Source of the DNA: Prochlorococcus sp. AG-402-K16
GTDB lineage: Bacteria; Cyanobacteriota; Cyanobacteriia; PCC-6307; Cyanobiaceae
NCBI GenBank assembly: GCA_003216795.1
Contig: QCIH01000007.1
Span: 335-64,334 of the forward strand
DNA: 64,000 bases
Direction: 5' to 3'
Shown here: piece after piece, positions 1-9,425 of the stretch
Position numbering within the stretch: the first letter of the stretch is position 1
Layout: every line of letters begins with the position of its first letter
Translations under genes and position numbers: made by a program
The notes under the pieces: model-generated
Databases searched by the model: none
The model's input: only the letters and a program-made list of their open reading frames with translations
Told to the model about the DNA's origin: nothing

Positions 1-314
1 AAATCCCCTAAACGAACAAGTTTAATTGTTTGGGCAACTCTACTATTGCCAACGACAGAGAAACCAAGTTTCGACTTTTTGCATTCTTTTGCAGTTTGAA
101 CAAGAGCTCCAAGACCAGAGGAATCTAAAAAATCTATTTTTGTAAGATCAATAACGAATGGAAGCTCATTTTTTAAATTACTAGAAACAAAAGTCTTAAA
201 TTGTTTTTCTGAGAAAGCATCAAGTTGGCCTTTAAAAGTAAACACAATAATGTTTGTTTTAAACTCAAGGTTTCCTCTTAAAGAAACCGTTAACTTCTGA
301 AAATCTTCTATGAT
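1..314 (-). CDS. STAS-domain protein (SpoIIAA-like anti-sigma-factor antagonist); 3' end runs off the window; no canonical start codon
   Basis: Hand translation of the minus frame: IEDFQKLTVSLRGNLEFKTNIIVFTFKGQLDAFSEKQFKTF..DLTKIDFLDSSGLGALVQTAKE. This is the STAS pattern. An in-frame TAG lies at 317-315 and GGAGG lies 6 nt upstream of ATC(314). Confidence 0.6.
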   Translation of the reverse strand, partial: MIEDFQKLTVSLRGNLEFKTNIIVFTFKGQLDAFSEKQFKTFVSSNLKNELPFVIDLTKIDFLDSSGLGALVQTAKECKKSKLGFSVVGNSRVAQTIKLVRLGD

Positions 315-375
315 CTAATACCTCCAGTAAATTAATGTATCAAATGTAATTATCAAATCAAAAGAAAACAACATG

Positions 376-1515
376 TCAACATCTTTCTAACATTAGAGAA
401 ACAAATTTATTAAATAAATAATCTGAATCATGTGGGCCAGGTCCTGCTTCAGGATGATATTGCACACTAAATATTGGCTTATTATTAACCTCCAGGCCAG
501 CCACAGTATTATCGTTAAGGTTGTAGTGGGTTATTCTAACTATATCCTCTGAGAGAGAATTAGGATCAATAGCAAAACCATGATTTTGACTAGTTATTTC
601 AATTTTATTATTTTCACCGCAAGGATGATTTAAACCACGATGTCCAAAAGGTAATTTATAAGTTGAACCTCCTAATGCCAATCCAAATATTTGGTGGCCA
701 AGGCAAATACCAAACATAGGTATTTCCCCATAATCAATAAGTGATTTTGCTAAGTCTATACCTTCAGAAACAGAAGAAGGATCACCTGGACCATTTGAGA
801 AAAATATGCCATCAGGCTTGTTAGATAAAACATCTTTTAGAGAAGATCGAGAAGGCAAAACTAAAACTTCACAACCATGGGATACAAGTCTATTTAGAAT
901 TGATTTTTTAATTCCAAAATCAATTGCTACTATTTTAAACTTTTTAGACGCTTCAGCATATTTTTTTCTTAAATCAAAAATTGTTTGTGTGTGACTTTTC
1001 CATAAATATTGTTTCTTTGTTGACACTTTTTTTGATAAATTTAACCCCTCCATCTTTGGAGTATCATTAATTATTTTTAAACAACTTTCATCAGTTTTTT
1101 CTAGAGAGGTAATAACGCCATTCATCGCACCACTAGATCTTAGAATTTTCACTAGAGCCCTAGTATCAATTCCATAAAGACCTATGATGTTTTTCTCAAC
1201 TAACCATTGATCAAAATTCTTTTTAGATCTCCAATTGCTGTTATTAGATGAAAAATTTCTTACAATTATTCCCTTCACATTAATACTAGATTCTGAATCT
1301 TCAAAATTAATACCAGTATTTCCAATCTCTGGATAAGTGAATGTTAATATCTGGCCGTAATAACTTGGATCAGTAATCACTTCTTGATATCCGGTCATTC
1401 CCGTATTAAAAACTATTTCACCAATGGCTGTACCAGAAGCACCAAAAAAAAATCCTGGGAAAACTATTCCATTACTTAAAACTAATTTGGCATTTTTCTT
1501 ATATGGATTAATCAT
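376..1515 (-). CDS. carA: carbamoyl-phosphate synthase small (glutaminase) subunit
   Basis: GICLGHQ amidotransferase triad region and CPSase small-subunit N-domain. Start placed at MINPYKK (ATG 1515), because the longer ORF would overlap trpD. Confidence 0.93.
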   Translation of the reverse strand: MINPYKKNAKLVLSNGIVFPGFFFGASGTAIGEIVFNTGMTGYQEVITDPSYYGQILTFTYPEIGNTGINFEDSESSINVKGIIVRNFSSNNSNWRSKKNFDQWLVEKNIIGLYGIDTRALVKILRSSGAMNGVITSLEKTDESCLKIINDTPKMEGLNLSKKVSTKKQYLWKSHTQTIFDLRKKYAEASKKFKIVAIDFGIKKSILNRLVSHGCEVLVLPSRSSLKDVLSNKPDGIFFSNGPGDPSSVSEGIDLAKSLIDYGEIPMFGICLGHQIFGLALGGSTYKLPFGHRGLNHPCGENNKIEITSQNHGFAIDPNSLSEDIVRITHYNLNDNTVAGLEVNNKPIFSVQYHPEAGPGPHDSDYLFNKFVSLMLERC

Positions 1516-1529
1516 CAATTTAATATTAA

Positions 1530-2564
1530 TTAATTTGTGGATAAATAATTTTTTAAGAGTAAAAACTTTTTCCAAGGATCTCCTTGATTAATAGCAAATA
1601 AAGCTTTATTAAATCCTTTATTTAAATTATCCTCAATTCCAGATGCCCATAGCACTAAAGCAGCATTCAAGGCAACAACATCTATATGAGATTTTTTCCC
1701 AGAACCATTTAAAACATATTTGAATATTTCCTCATTAGACTCAAGATCTGAAACTACAAGCTTTTCGTTAGGAATATTTTCATGGTTAAAATCTGAAATA
1801 TTTATTTTTGAAAACCGTAATTCACCTTTTTCAACAAACACTAATTTATTTTCTCCTTGAAGCGAGGCTTCATCAAGGCCGCCAGAACCATAAACGACTA
1901 TTGCTCTGTTCATACCCATTTTTAAAAGCGCGCTTCCCATAGGTTTTAAAAGATCCTCAGAAGCAACACCCAAAACTTGCGCATTGGGTCTTAAAGGATT
2001 TACCAATGGTCCTAGTTGATTAAATACTGTCCTTATTCCAAGGGTCTTTCTTAATGGAGCAAGTTTTATTAAAGATTTATGCCAAACAGGTGCGAACAAA
2101 AAAGTTATTCCAATTTCACTTACGGCTGTAATTACTTTTTCTAATGAACAATTTAAATTCAAACCAAGATTCAATAAAACATCAGCAGAGCCAACTTTCC
2201 CACTAGCACTTTTATTTCCATGTTTTGCAATTTTTACCCCACAAGATGCAGCCACAAATGCTACCGCAGTTGAGATATTAAATGTATTAGCTCCATCCCC
2301 TCCTGTTCCACAAGTATCAACCAAATGTAAATTTGGCCTTGCTACTGGCAATTCGCAAACATTTAAGAGTTCCTCAGCCATAGAACTCAGTTCTACTCCT
2401 GTACAGCTCTTAGCTCTTAAAGCACTCAAAAAAGCCCCTGTTTCAACATCTGAAATTTCATCTTTAAGCCATCTTTGCATTAAAGTTCTAGAAGTTAAAT
2501 CATCAAGGTTCCTTCCCTCTAACAAATTATTTAGGATTTCAGCGTTTGATAGGTTAGAAGACAT
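1530..2564 (-). CDS. trpD: anthranilate phosphoribosyltransferase
   Basis: [17 protein letters not shown] motif and full-length TrpD-like sequence. Confidence 0.93.
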   Translation of the reverse strand: MSSNLSNAEILNNLLEGRNLDDLTSRTLMQRWLKDEISDVETGAFLSALRAKSCTGVELSSMAEELLNVCELPVARPNLHLVDTCGTGGDGANTFNISTAVAFVAASCGVKIAKHGNKSASGKVGSADVLLNLGLNLNCSLEKVITAVSEIGITFLFAPVWHKSLIKLAPLRKTLGIRTVFNQLGPLVNPLRPNAQVLGVASEDLLKPMGSALLKMGMNRAIVVYGSGGLDEASLQGENKLVFVEKGELRFSKINISDFNHENIPNEKLVVSDLESNEEIFKYVLNGSGKKSHIDVVALNAALVLWASGIEDNLNKGFNKALFAINQGDPWKKFLLLKNYLSTN

Positions 2565-2599
2565 TTATTTAATTATTGAAAAGATTTTGCAGATAAAAT

Positions 2600-2914
2600 T
2601 TAATTTGAGGTATCGAAACCTGAGCCAACTAAATCTTTATTTGTATTAGAAGGCCTGAAGCTTCTTGACCAAATATTTTTTGTTTTTGAAAAAAGATCAT
2701 TTTTAGTTATTTCCCAAAATTTCAAAATTTTTTCAATATCAATTTTAATTTCACTTTCTCCAGGGAAATTGGTATAACGATTTATTAATCTTGCTAAATT
2801 TATGTAGTCAATATCTTCTGGTGTTTTTTTAGTGATAAGGGAATCTATAATGTTTTTGTCGGTTTCATGTAATGGATGAGTTTGCTCGTTACCCATAAAT
2901 AAATACTGAATCAT
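2600..2914 (-). CDS. conserved cyanobacterial hypothetical protein (DUF3288-like by recollection)
   Basis: 104-aa ORF that fills the gap between trpD and a divergent ABC gene. No catalytic motif recognised. Confidence 0.55.
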   Translation of the reverse strand: MIQYLFMGNEQTHPLHETDKNIIDSLITKKTPEDIDYINLARLINRYTNFPGESEIKIDIEKILKFWEITKNDLFSKTKNIWSRSFRPSNTNKDLVGSGFDTSN

Positions 2915-2976
2915 TTATAAAATTAGCTCACATATTCAAAAATGAAACATTATCTTAATCATATCGGCAAAATAAA

Positions 2977-4728
2977 ATGAAAAATTTAAAGATACAAGTT
3001 ATATCTAAATACCTAAGACCTTACAAAAAAGAATTTTTTTATGGAGCATTAGCTCTCTTAATAGTTAATATATTAAGTGTTGCAATACCCTTAGAAGTAA
3101 AAAATATAATTGACCAATTACAAAATGGGTTTTCATCAAATTTTGTTATTTCTAAATCTTTATGGTTAATATTTTTAGCAACTTGTATGGGTTTGATAAG
3201 ATTATTTTCAAGACAAATAGTCTTTGGCATAGGTAGAAAAGTAGAGGTAAATCTTCGTCAAAAACTTTTTGACCATTTACTTATTCAAGATCCTGAATGG
3301 ATCCAAAAAAAAGGTAGTGGAGACATTATAAGTAGAGCTACAAGCGATGTTGAAAACATAAGAAGACTTTTAGGATTTACTGTTTTGAGCTTATGCAACA
3401 TCGTATTAGCTTATTCATTCACTATTCCTTCAATGTTTTCGATTAATAAAACATTAACAATATCAGCTTTAATGATATTTCCATTAATCCTTGGAATTGT
3501 AAGCCTTTTCGGCGGCAGAATGGTTAATCAAAGAAAAGCTCAACAAGAATCATTATCAAAACTTAGTGATCTAATACAAGAAGATCTTTCTGGTATAAGT
3601 GCCATCAAAATTTATGATCAAGAGAATGCTGAGAAAAAAGAATTTAACATATATAACAATGCCTATCGAAATTCAGCGATAAAACTTGCAAGAACAGCGA
3701 GTACGCTATTTCCATTGTTGCAAGGTATTTCCTCAATTTCATTATTGATTTTATTATCATTAGGGACTTTTCAACTAGAGAGTGGATTTATTTCTATAGG
3801 TGGTTTAGTAGCTTTAATTCTCTACGTTGAAAGACTTGTCTTCCCTACAGCTCTATTAGGATTTACCTTAAATACTTTTCAACTAGGTCAAGTAAGTTTA
3901 GATCGTGTGGAAGAAATCTTCCAGAACACTCCAAAAATTGTAGATAGAGCAGAAACTATATTTTTCAGAAGAAAGGTTAAAGGATTCTTAGAAGCTAAAA
4001 ATTTAACAATAAAATATCCGGGATCAAAATTTAACTCATTAAATGGTCTCAATTTTAAAATTTATCCTGGAGAACTTATTGCAATAGTTGGCCCAGTAGG
4101 TTGTGGTAAGACAACACTAGCAAAGTCTCTAGGACGGACTATCGAAATTCCAGACAATCAATTATTTTTAGATGAAATTGATATAAAAGCTTTAAAATTA
4201 AGTGATCTTAGAAAAAACATTTCAATCGTTCCACAAGAAGCATTCTTGTTTACTTCTACAATCTCTGAAAACCTAAGTTTTGGAGAACCAAAAGCTTCTA
4301 AATATTTAGTTAAAGAAAGCGCTACAAAAGCTGGATTAATTGATGATATCAATAGTTTTCCACAAAGGTTTAAAACTATTGTTGGTGAAAGAGGTATAAC
4401 ATTAAGTGGCGGACAAAGACAAAGAACTGCACTAGGAAGAGCACTACTTGTTAAATCTCCTATTGTTGTTCTTGATGATGCTTTAGCAAGCGTAGATAAC
4501 AAAACAGCAGCAGGAATAATAGATGAAATGAGTGATAGAAGTAATAAAACAATCATAATGATTAGTCATCAACTTTCTGTTGCAGCCACCTGTGATAGAG
4601 TTTTAGTAATGGACAAAGGAGAAATAGTACAAGAAGGGACTCATAAAGATTTAGTAAAGGTGAATGGGCTATATAAGCAACTTTGGGAGAGAGAACTAGC
4701 TACCAGAATAGTTGATGGCAAAAAGTAA
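2977..4728 (+). CDS. ABC exporter, fused permease and ATPase (MsbA/multidrug type)
   Basis: Six-TM N-terminal half followed by Walker A GPVGCGKTT, signature LSGGQRQR and Walker B VVLDDA. Confidence 0.85.
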   Translation: MKNLKIQVISKYLRPYKKEFFYGALALLIVNILSVAIPLEVKNIIDQLQNGFSSNFVISKSLWLIFLATCMGLIRLFSRQIVFGIGRKVEVNLRQKLFDHLLIQDPEWIQKKGSGDIISRATSDVENIRRLLGFTVLSLCNIVLAYSFTIPSMFSINKTLTISALMIFPLILGIVSLFGGRMVNQRKAQQESLSKLSDLIQEDLSGISAIKIYDQENAEKKEFNIYNNAYRNSAIKLARTASTLFPLLQGISSISLLILLSLGTFQLESGFISIGGLVALILYVERLVFPTALLGFTLNTFQLGQVSLDRVEEIFQNTPKIVDRAETIFFRRKVKGFLEAKNLTIKYPGSKFNSLNGLNFKIYPGELIAIVGPVGCGKTTLAKSLGRTIEIPDNQLFLDEIDIKALKLSDLRKNISIVPQEAFLFTSTISENLSFGEPKASKYLVKESATKAGLIDDINSFPQRFKTIVGERGITLSGGQRQRTALGRALLVKSPIVVLDDALASVDNKTAAGIIDEMSDRSNKTIIMISHQLSVAATCDRVLVMDKGEIVQEGTHKDLVKVNGLYKQLWERELATRIVDGKK

Positions 4729-4758
4729 TTTTTTTACTTATAATAATTGATTTAAATT

Positions 4759-5487
4759 ATGTTTAAATTCCTGAAAAACATTATGAATAATGAAGAGGTA
4801 AATATAACTAATGATGCTTATTCATTACATAGAATATTAAAAACAGATATTAAAAAAGATCCTAATGTAGAAGAAGATGAAATAATTTTTGGATGTGGTT
4901 GTTTCTGGGGAGCAGAAAAATGTTTTTGGAAACTTCCTGGAATTGTCACAACTTCTGTAGGTTATGCTGGTGGTGACAAAAGCAATCCAACTTATTATGA
5001 AGTATGTTCTGGCTTAACTGGTCATTCAGAAGTTGTAAGAGTTATATGGGATAAAAGGGAAATAGATGTAAGTGATTTATTAAAAATGTTTTGGGAATGT
5101 CATGACCCTACTCAAAAAAACAGACAAGGTAATGATATGGGAACACAATATAGATCAGCAATATATTACAAAAATGAAACCAATATTAAAACCATATTAG
5201 CCAGTAAGGAACAATATCAAATGGAACTAAGAAAAAAAGATCTTGGTTTAATTGAAACGGAAATAAAAAAGATTGATTCATATTTTTATGCTGAACCATA
5301 CCATCAACAATATCTTGCATCAGCTGGAAGCAGGCAGTATTGTTCCGCTTCACCTACAAAAGTTAAGTTAGGAGTTTTTACTGGAAGCAACTATAAATTA
5401 GAAGGCCATATATGGGAAAACTTTAATTGGGAAGTTGACAAGTGTGTATTGAGATCTGATAACAATCCTATAAAGAATAACATTTAA
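4759..5487 (+). CDS. msrA: peptide-methionine (S)-S-oxide reductase
   Basis: GCGCFWGAE active-site motif. The true start may be an internal Met. Confidence 0.9.
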   Translation: MFKFLKNIMNNEEVNITNDAYSLHRILKTDIKKDPNVEEDEIIFGCGCFWGAEKCFWKLPGIVTTSVGYAGGDKSNPTYYEVCSGLTGHSEVVRVIWDKREIDVSDLLKMFWECHDPTQKNRQGNDMGTQYRSAIYYKNETNIKTILASKEQYQMELRKKDLGLIETEIKKIDSYFYAEPYHQQYLASAGSRQYCSASPTKVKLGVFTGSNYKLEGHIWENFNWEVDKCVLRSDNNPIKNNI

Positions 5488-5514
5488 ATCAATCTAATCT
5501 TTATAGTAAAGAAA

Positions 5515-5588
5515 CGGGGCGTAGCGCAGTTTGGTAGCGCACCACTTTGGGGTAGTGGGGGTCGTGGGTTCAAATCCCGCCGTTCCGA
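5515..5588 (+). tRNA. tRNA-Pro (anticodon GGG)
   Basis: Cloverleaf folded by hand. Acceptor CGGGGCG/CGTTCCG, D stem GCGC/GCGC, anticodon stem CCACT/AGTGG with loop TTGGGGT, T arm GTGGG-TTCAAAT-CCCGC. Confidence 0.9.
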
Positions 5589-5741
5589 TTAATTATCCTC
5601 TTCATTTATAAGCGATTTGTATAGTTTATATGAACTTATGCCTACTGCTATGAATGTAAAAGAAGAAAAAAAAGCTAAAACCAATATAGTTAGATTTGAA
5701 ACTTCTACTTCACCTAATTGAAAAGATATAAAAATGTTCAT
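5589..5741 (-). CDS. possible small membrane protein (50 aa from MNIFISF)
   Basis: The ORF-track frame starts at a TTG directly after the uppP stop, so an internal ATG at 5741 is more plausible. One hydrophobic helix. Weak support. Confidence 0.3.
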   Translation of the reverse strand: MNIFISFQLGEVEVSNLTILVLAFFSSFTFIAVGISSYKLYKSLINEEDN

Positions 5742-5795
5742 TAGAGAGAATTTTTTTAAAACCTTAACACAATTGCAAAAAATTTTTTCAACCAA

Positions 5796-6596
5796 TTATA
5801 AATTCAAAAGAATTACAACACCAAAAATTAATCGATAGATGATAAATATTTTCAACCCATTTGATGAAAAATACTTTAATAAGAAATCTATTGCTAATAA
5901 AGAGGACAAAAATGTCGTAAAAAGACCAACAAAAAGAGGCAAATAACCTAATGAAAAAAAATCATTAAAAGAAGAAATAAACTCAACAATCGCAGCAAGA
6001 GAAATAGCTGGCATCCCTAAAAGAAAAGAAAATTTGGCAGCATCGCTTCTTTCCCATCCTGATATTAAAGCGCTAGAGATAGTAACCCCCGATCTTGAAA
6101 CGCCAGGAAAAATTGCAAATGCTTGAAAGAAACCTATCAAAAAACTATTTGAATAATTATGGTTTTTAATATTAATAGAACCTCTTTTCGAACTATCTGC
6201 CAAGTACATAAAAAAAGCCATTAGAAATGAGACCAATGCTATTGATAAATTCGAACGAAGAACGTTTTCAAAAAAAGAAGGGATAAATATTTTTATACTC
6301 CCACCAAGCAAAACAATTGGTATAGTACCAATCAAAATAGACCTTAATAATCTTTCATGTAAGAGATATTCAAGAAACTTTTTGGAAGATTGACTTCTTA
6401 AATTAAAAATATCATTTCTAAAATACCAAGCTATGGCTAGAACACTTCCAAGTTGAATAGTAGCGGACAAAGATGCTCCAGGATCATCAATACCTAAAAA
6501 AAGAGAAATAACTTTTAGATGAGCTGTACTACTTACAGGGATAAATTCCGTCAACCCTTGAATTAATCCATATAAAACAAATTTTAAATATTCCAA
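5796..6596 (-). CDS. uppP: undecaprenyl-diphosphate phosphatase
   Basis: LTEFIPVSSTAHL motif and a polytopic BacA/UppP-like sequence. Confidence 0.9.
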   Translation of the reverse strand: MEYLKFVLYGLIQGLTEFIPVSSTAHLKVISLFLGIDDPGASLSATIQLGSVLAIAWYFRNDIFNLRSQSSKKFLEYLLHERLLRSILIGTIPIVLLGGSIKIFIPSFFENVLRSNLSIALVSFLMAFFMYLADSSKRGSINIKNHNYSNSFLIGFFQAFAIFPGVSRSGVTISSALISGWERSDAAKFSFLLGMPAISLAAIVEFISSFNDFFSLGYLPLFVGLFTTFLSSLLAIDFLLKYFSSNGLKIFIIYRLIFGVVILLNL

Positions 6597-6663
6597 AAAT
6601 TATTAAATTACCTAATTAATTAATAGCAATTTACATTTAAAAATTAAAAGCTAGTATGGGAAA

Positions 6664-6936
6664 ATGAAAAAAAAATCTATTTTAAAATTATTTTTTCTTT
6701 TTTCCTTAATCTTTTCTGGTTCTGCGAAAGCTAATTATTGGTTAATAATTGGAACTTATAGACAAGGGCCTGGAGGAAGGCCAGAGGTTAGTGGAATAAC
6801 AAGTCCTTCCTTACATTCTATTCCCATGAAAGATTTAGATACTTGTAATAAGGCAGGTGAAAAAATAGCTAATGAAATATACAAACCAGTTTGGCAATTT
6901 GATAGTAGATGGACCTGTGTATTTAGAGGTGATTAG
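6664..6936 (+). CDS. secreted hypothetical protein
   Basis: N-terminal signal peptide (KKKSILKLFFLFSLIFSGSAKA) and two Cys in the mature part. Confidence 0.55.
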   Translation: MKKKSILKLFFLFSLIFSGSAKANYWLIIGTYRQGPGGRPEVSGITSPSLHSIPMKDLDTCNKAGEKIANEIYKPVWQFDSRWTCVFRGD

Positions 6937-6944
6937 TAATAAAT

Positions 6945-7079
6945 TTACCTTTTCACATCGTGAGCACAACCATCTCCTTTATAGTTTTCACTCTCGTAAA
7001 AATCATTTTTTGTGCCAAAATAAACTGTTAATAAAACGAAAGGTAAGCTTAATATAAATAAAATAGTTGTTAAATCCAT
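6945..7079 (-). CDS. 44-aa single-pass membrane micro-protein (candidate)
   Basis: Hand translation: MDLTTILFILSLPFVLLTVYFGTKNDFYESENYKGDGCAHDVKR. It competes with the ORF-track frame 6872..7057(+), which looks spurious. Confidence 0.4.
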   Translation of the reverse strand: MDLTTILFILSLPFVLLTVYFGTKNDFYESENYKGDGCAHDVKR

Positions 7080-7142
7080 AGTGTTAACTTATTCAAGAAG
7101 GTTATGAAAAATTAAAATTACAATTTGATGATTAACTCATGT

Positions 7143-7268
7143 TTAATAATCTGTGGGTCCTTTAATACCAAGATAAAAGAAGGCTCCTAAACCAACTAAA
7201 AGTAAAACTCCAGCGATAGCTGCAGAAGGAACAAAACCTCCTATTGCAAAGGAAGAAAGATAATACAT
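7143..7268 (-). CDS. 41-aa single-pass membrane micro-protein (candidate)
   Basis: Hand translation: MYYLSSFAIGGFVPSAAIAGVLLLVGLGAFFYLGIKGPTDY. Gly/Ala-rich TM helix. Confidence 0.45.
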   Translation of the reverse strand: MYYLSSFAIGGFVPSAAIAGVLLLVGLGAFFYLGIKGPTDY

Positions 7269-7357
7269 CTATAAAACTAAAACTAGTTTGATAATATCAA
7301 TAAAAACTAGGTATTTGTAAAAAATTTTGACTCGAAGACAATTAGATATTATCTGTT

Positions 7358-7585
7358 CTATGCCACTAAAGTCGAATCTTCGTTATCAGCAGAAATTCTT
7401 ATTCTCTCTTCCAACTTAGGGCCATATAATTCATTTCCCCAGATTTCAACTCTTGAATCATTTGGGGCCATAAAAGTAAGAATATCAGTAGGAAATAAAA
7501 CTCTTTCTAAGAAAAAATTTGATGGACCAATACATCTCAAAACAACCATCCTACAGCCTTCATTTTTGTAAGAAAACTCAACCAT
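7358..7585 (-). CDS. DUF1830-like conserved cyanobacterial protein
   Basis: MVEFSYKNEG..VLRCIGPSNFFLERVLFPTD resembles the DUF1830 pattern from memory. Start moved to ATG 7585. Confidence 0.55.
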   Translation of the reverse strand: MVEFSYKNEGCRMVVLRCIGPSNFFLERVLFPTDILTFMAPNDSRVEIWGNELYGPKLEERIRISADNEDSTLVA

Positions 7586-7676
7586 CACTAAGAAGCAAAA
7601 TATTAACAATTAAACACTATTAAGAGCTGAAAAAAATGTATAAAAAATTACTGAAAAAAAAGAAATTTATAAAATG

Positions 7677-8621
7677 CTACAAATTCAATCCAGCCTCTAC
7701 TAAATTTCTTTCTTGATCAATTAATAAAAGCGCGTAGGATTTTATAACGTCAAAGCTTTTATGTGGAATTGAGACATTAAGCATTCGCAAGAAATTTGAT
7801 AATTTTTCATCTTTAAGGGCGTTACCTTTCTTTATAAACATTTCTTTTTCCTGATTTGCTTTCCATATATTCATATATTCAAACTTCAAAGGCTTTAAGT
7901 GCCAAATATTGTCTATTAAAGTCCAGATATCTAGATATTCGTTTAGGTTATTTTGAATTTTTAGTACATAAGATGATTCATGAAGACTCAAATTTGTTGT
8001 ATTTATGGGTTGATCATTTATGTCAATAGAATAGGGTTTTATTCCCAAAAACCATCCCTCAAGAATTAATAAATCAGGATTATCTAATCTCCAATGAGAT
8101 CTATCTCCTAGACCATTTCTTAAAGATTTATCGAAAACTGGTACATTTAATTCTCCATTTATCTTCCAATTTAATAATTTTTCATGCATTAATTTTACTG
8201 AGTGACTACCAGGAAAACCTCTTGAAACATTCCAAGGGTTATTCTCAATAGCTAATTTCATTTCATTTGACGGGAGATAAAAGTCATCAATTGAAATAAC
8301 TGCAATTTTGAAGTTTAATTTTAAAGATATAGCTTCGAGCCATTTACCTAGTGTTGTTTTACCTGTGCCAGGTAGAGCTGAGATTCCAATAATTTTTCTA
8401 TCGGGAAAATTATTTTGAAATTTATAAGCCTGAGATAAAAGAGGTAAAGCCAAACCCCAAATCCAATCATCGTTTACTTTATTGTTCCAATATTGATCAA
8501 TTGAAAGAATGTTTCTTTTATTATTCCAAAAGTTAAACCAATCATCCAAGGATTCCCAACCAATATCAATAATTAATTTTTCAAATTTATCAAGAGGAAA
8601 ATTGATATCTAAATCTTTCAT
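7677..8621 (-). CDS. D-glycerate 3-kinase (plant/cyanobacterial GLYK type)
   Basis: P-loop GISALPGTGKTT, SIDDFYL, RGFPGSH and LILEGWFLG blocks match GLYK family motifs. Confidence 0.75.
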   Translation of the reverse strand: MKDLDINFPLDKFEKLIIDIGWESLDDWFNFWNNKRNILSIDQYWNNKVNDDWIWGLALPLLSQAYKFQNNFPDRKIIGISALPGTGKTTLGKWLEAISLKLNFKIAVISIDDFYLPSNEMKLAIENNPWNVSRGFPGSHSVKLMHEKLLNWKINGELNVPVFDKSLRNGLGDRSHWRLDNPDLLILEGWFLGIKPYSIDINDQPINTTNLSLHESSYVLKIQNNLNEYLDIWTLIDNIWHLKPLKFEYMNIWKANQEKEMFIKKGNALKDEKLSNFLRMLNVSIPHKSFDVIKSYALLLIDQERNLVEAGLNL

Positions 8622-8625
8622 CTTT

Positions 8626-9423
8626 CTAAATTAGTTCTCGCTCATTTATTAATTTATTGATTTCATTATTCCAACCATATCCATTTGGTTCAGAAGCCAA
8701 AGTAAATTCCAAATCTTTTAATTGATCAAGTAAATTTAAGTTAGGTCCATTTATTCCAGGAATAACGATTTTAATATCTGAGTTTAAGAGTAGAGGTAAA
8801 TCATTTGGAGAATCACCTAAACCTATAATTTCAATATTTTGGACATTGGAATATTCTTTAAGAGCATTTATTGCTTTACCTTTATTCGATTTTGTAGATA
8901 ATAAGTGACTCATTCTATTGCCCTTAAAAATATCAACATTGAATTTTTTACAATAGATTTTAATTTTTTCTTCTAAATAACTTGGCGGATTTAAAAAAGG
9001 CATGCTCCAGTGCCTATCACGCATTAAGTTCAATGAATTGCCTTCTAAACCTGTAAGCTGAGTGGCTTCTTGATCAGTGAGATTATTAAGAGGAGTAAGT
9101 TTGTAATCAATTTCTTTAGAAATAAAATTTAAGATTTCTTCAAGAGATTCGTATTTTATTCCAAGAATAATTTCTCCATTTACTCTTTCAAGAGATTCAC
9201 CATATATTGCCGCACCATTCTCAACAATATAAGGATCCGTCAAGTTAAGTTCCTTTCTAATAACTTTTACTTCAGAAGCGGTTTTGCTTGTACAAAGAAT
9301 TACGGGTATAGATAATTTTTGTAGTTTTTTTATTGTTTCTTTAGCAGGTGATAAATCATATGAGTGATCCATTAAAGTACCATCTACATCACTTACTACC
9401 CAAATAGAAGAATTTTCTATCAT
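8626..9423 (-). CDS. gpgP: glucosyl/mannosyl-3-phosphoglycerate phosphatase (HAD-IIB)
   Basis: DVDGTL HAD motif I, CTSKT motif II and GDSPND motif IV. Tightly linked to the GH13 and GLYK genes. Confidence 0.8.
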   Translation of the reverse strand: MIENSSIWVVSDVDGTLMDHSYDLSPAKETIKKLQKLSIPVILCTSKTASEVKVIRKELNLTDPYIVENGAAIYGESLERVNGEIILGIKYESLEEILNFISKEIDYKLTPLNNLTDQEATQLTGLEGNSLNLMRDRHWSMPFLNPPSYLEEKIKIYCKKFNVDIFKGNRMSHLLSTKSNKGKAINALKEYSNVQNIEIIGLGDSPNDLPLLLNSDIKIVIPGINGPNLNLLDQLKDLEFTLASEPNGYGWNNEINKLINERELI

Positions 9424-9425
9424 TT

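Noticed and set aside
806-994. ORF-track frames lying antisense within well-supported genes: 806-994, 3039-3230, 4158-4556, 12602-12907, 13766-13993, 15415-15618, 17292-17486, 17648-17905, 17992-18216, 20738-20968, 32986-33240, 36120-36374, 36432-36704, 37615-37935, 43228-43422, 46811-47029, 47623-47841, 50542-50820, 51712-52008, 53409-53654, 54213-54431, 56609-56833, 57083-57295, 57407-57667, 58028-58225, 59294-59533, 59918-60139, 62695-62895 and 63373-63564.
   Set aside because: Each is fully embedded in, or out of frame with, a gene that has strong family motifs. Their translations are low-complexity with no motifs. Such shadow ORFs are expected opposite conserved coding sequence.
1516-1575. 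An N-terminal extension of carA ([20 protein letters not shown]) overlapping the trpD 3' end.
   Set aside because: The extension has no counterpart in CarA proteins. The internal ATG at 1515 gives the usual N-terminus and removes the 46-nt overlap.
6872-7057. A 61-aa plus-strand ORF overlapping the end of the secreted-protein gene.
   Set aside because: It overlaps 6664-6936 out of frame and has a composition typical of random AT-rich translation. The opposite-strand 44-aa membrane ORF (6945-7079) explains the region better, though that one is also unproven.
5515-7700. The possibility that tRNA-Pro marks an integration hotspot or genomic island.
   Set aside because: The flanks carry core genes (msrA, uppP). 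No integrase, partial tRNA duplication or direct repeat of the tRNA 3' end was noticed nearby. The small ORFs at 6.6-7.6 kb look like conserved small genes rather than cargo.
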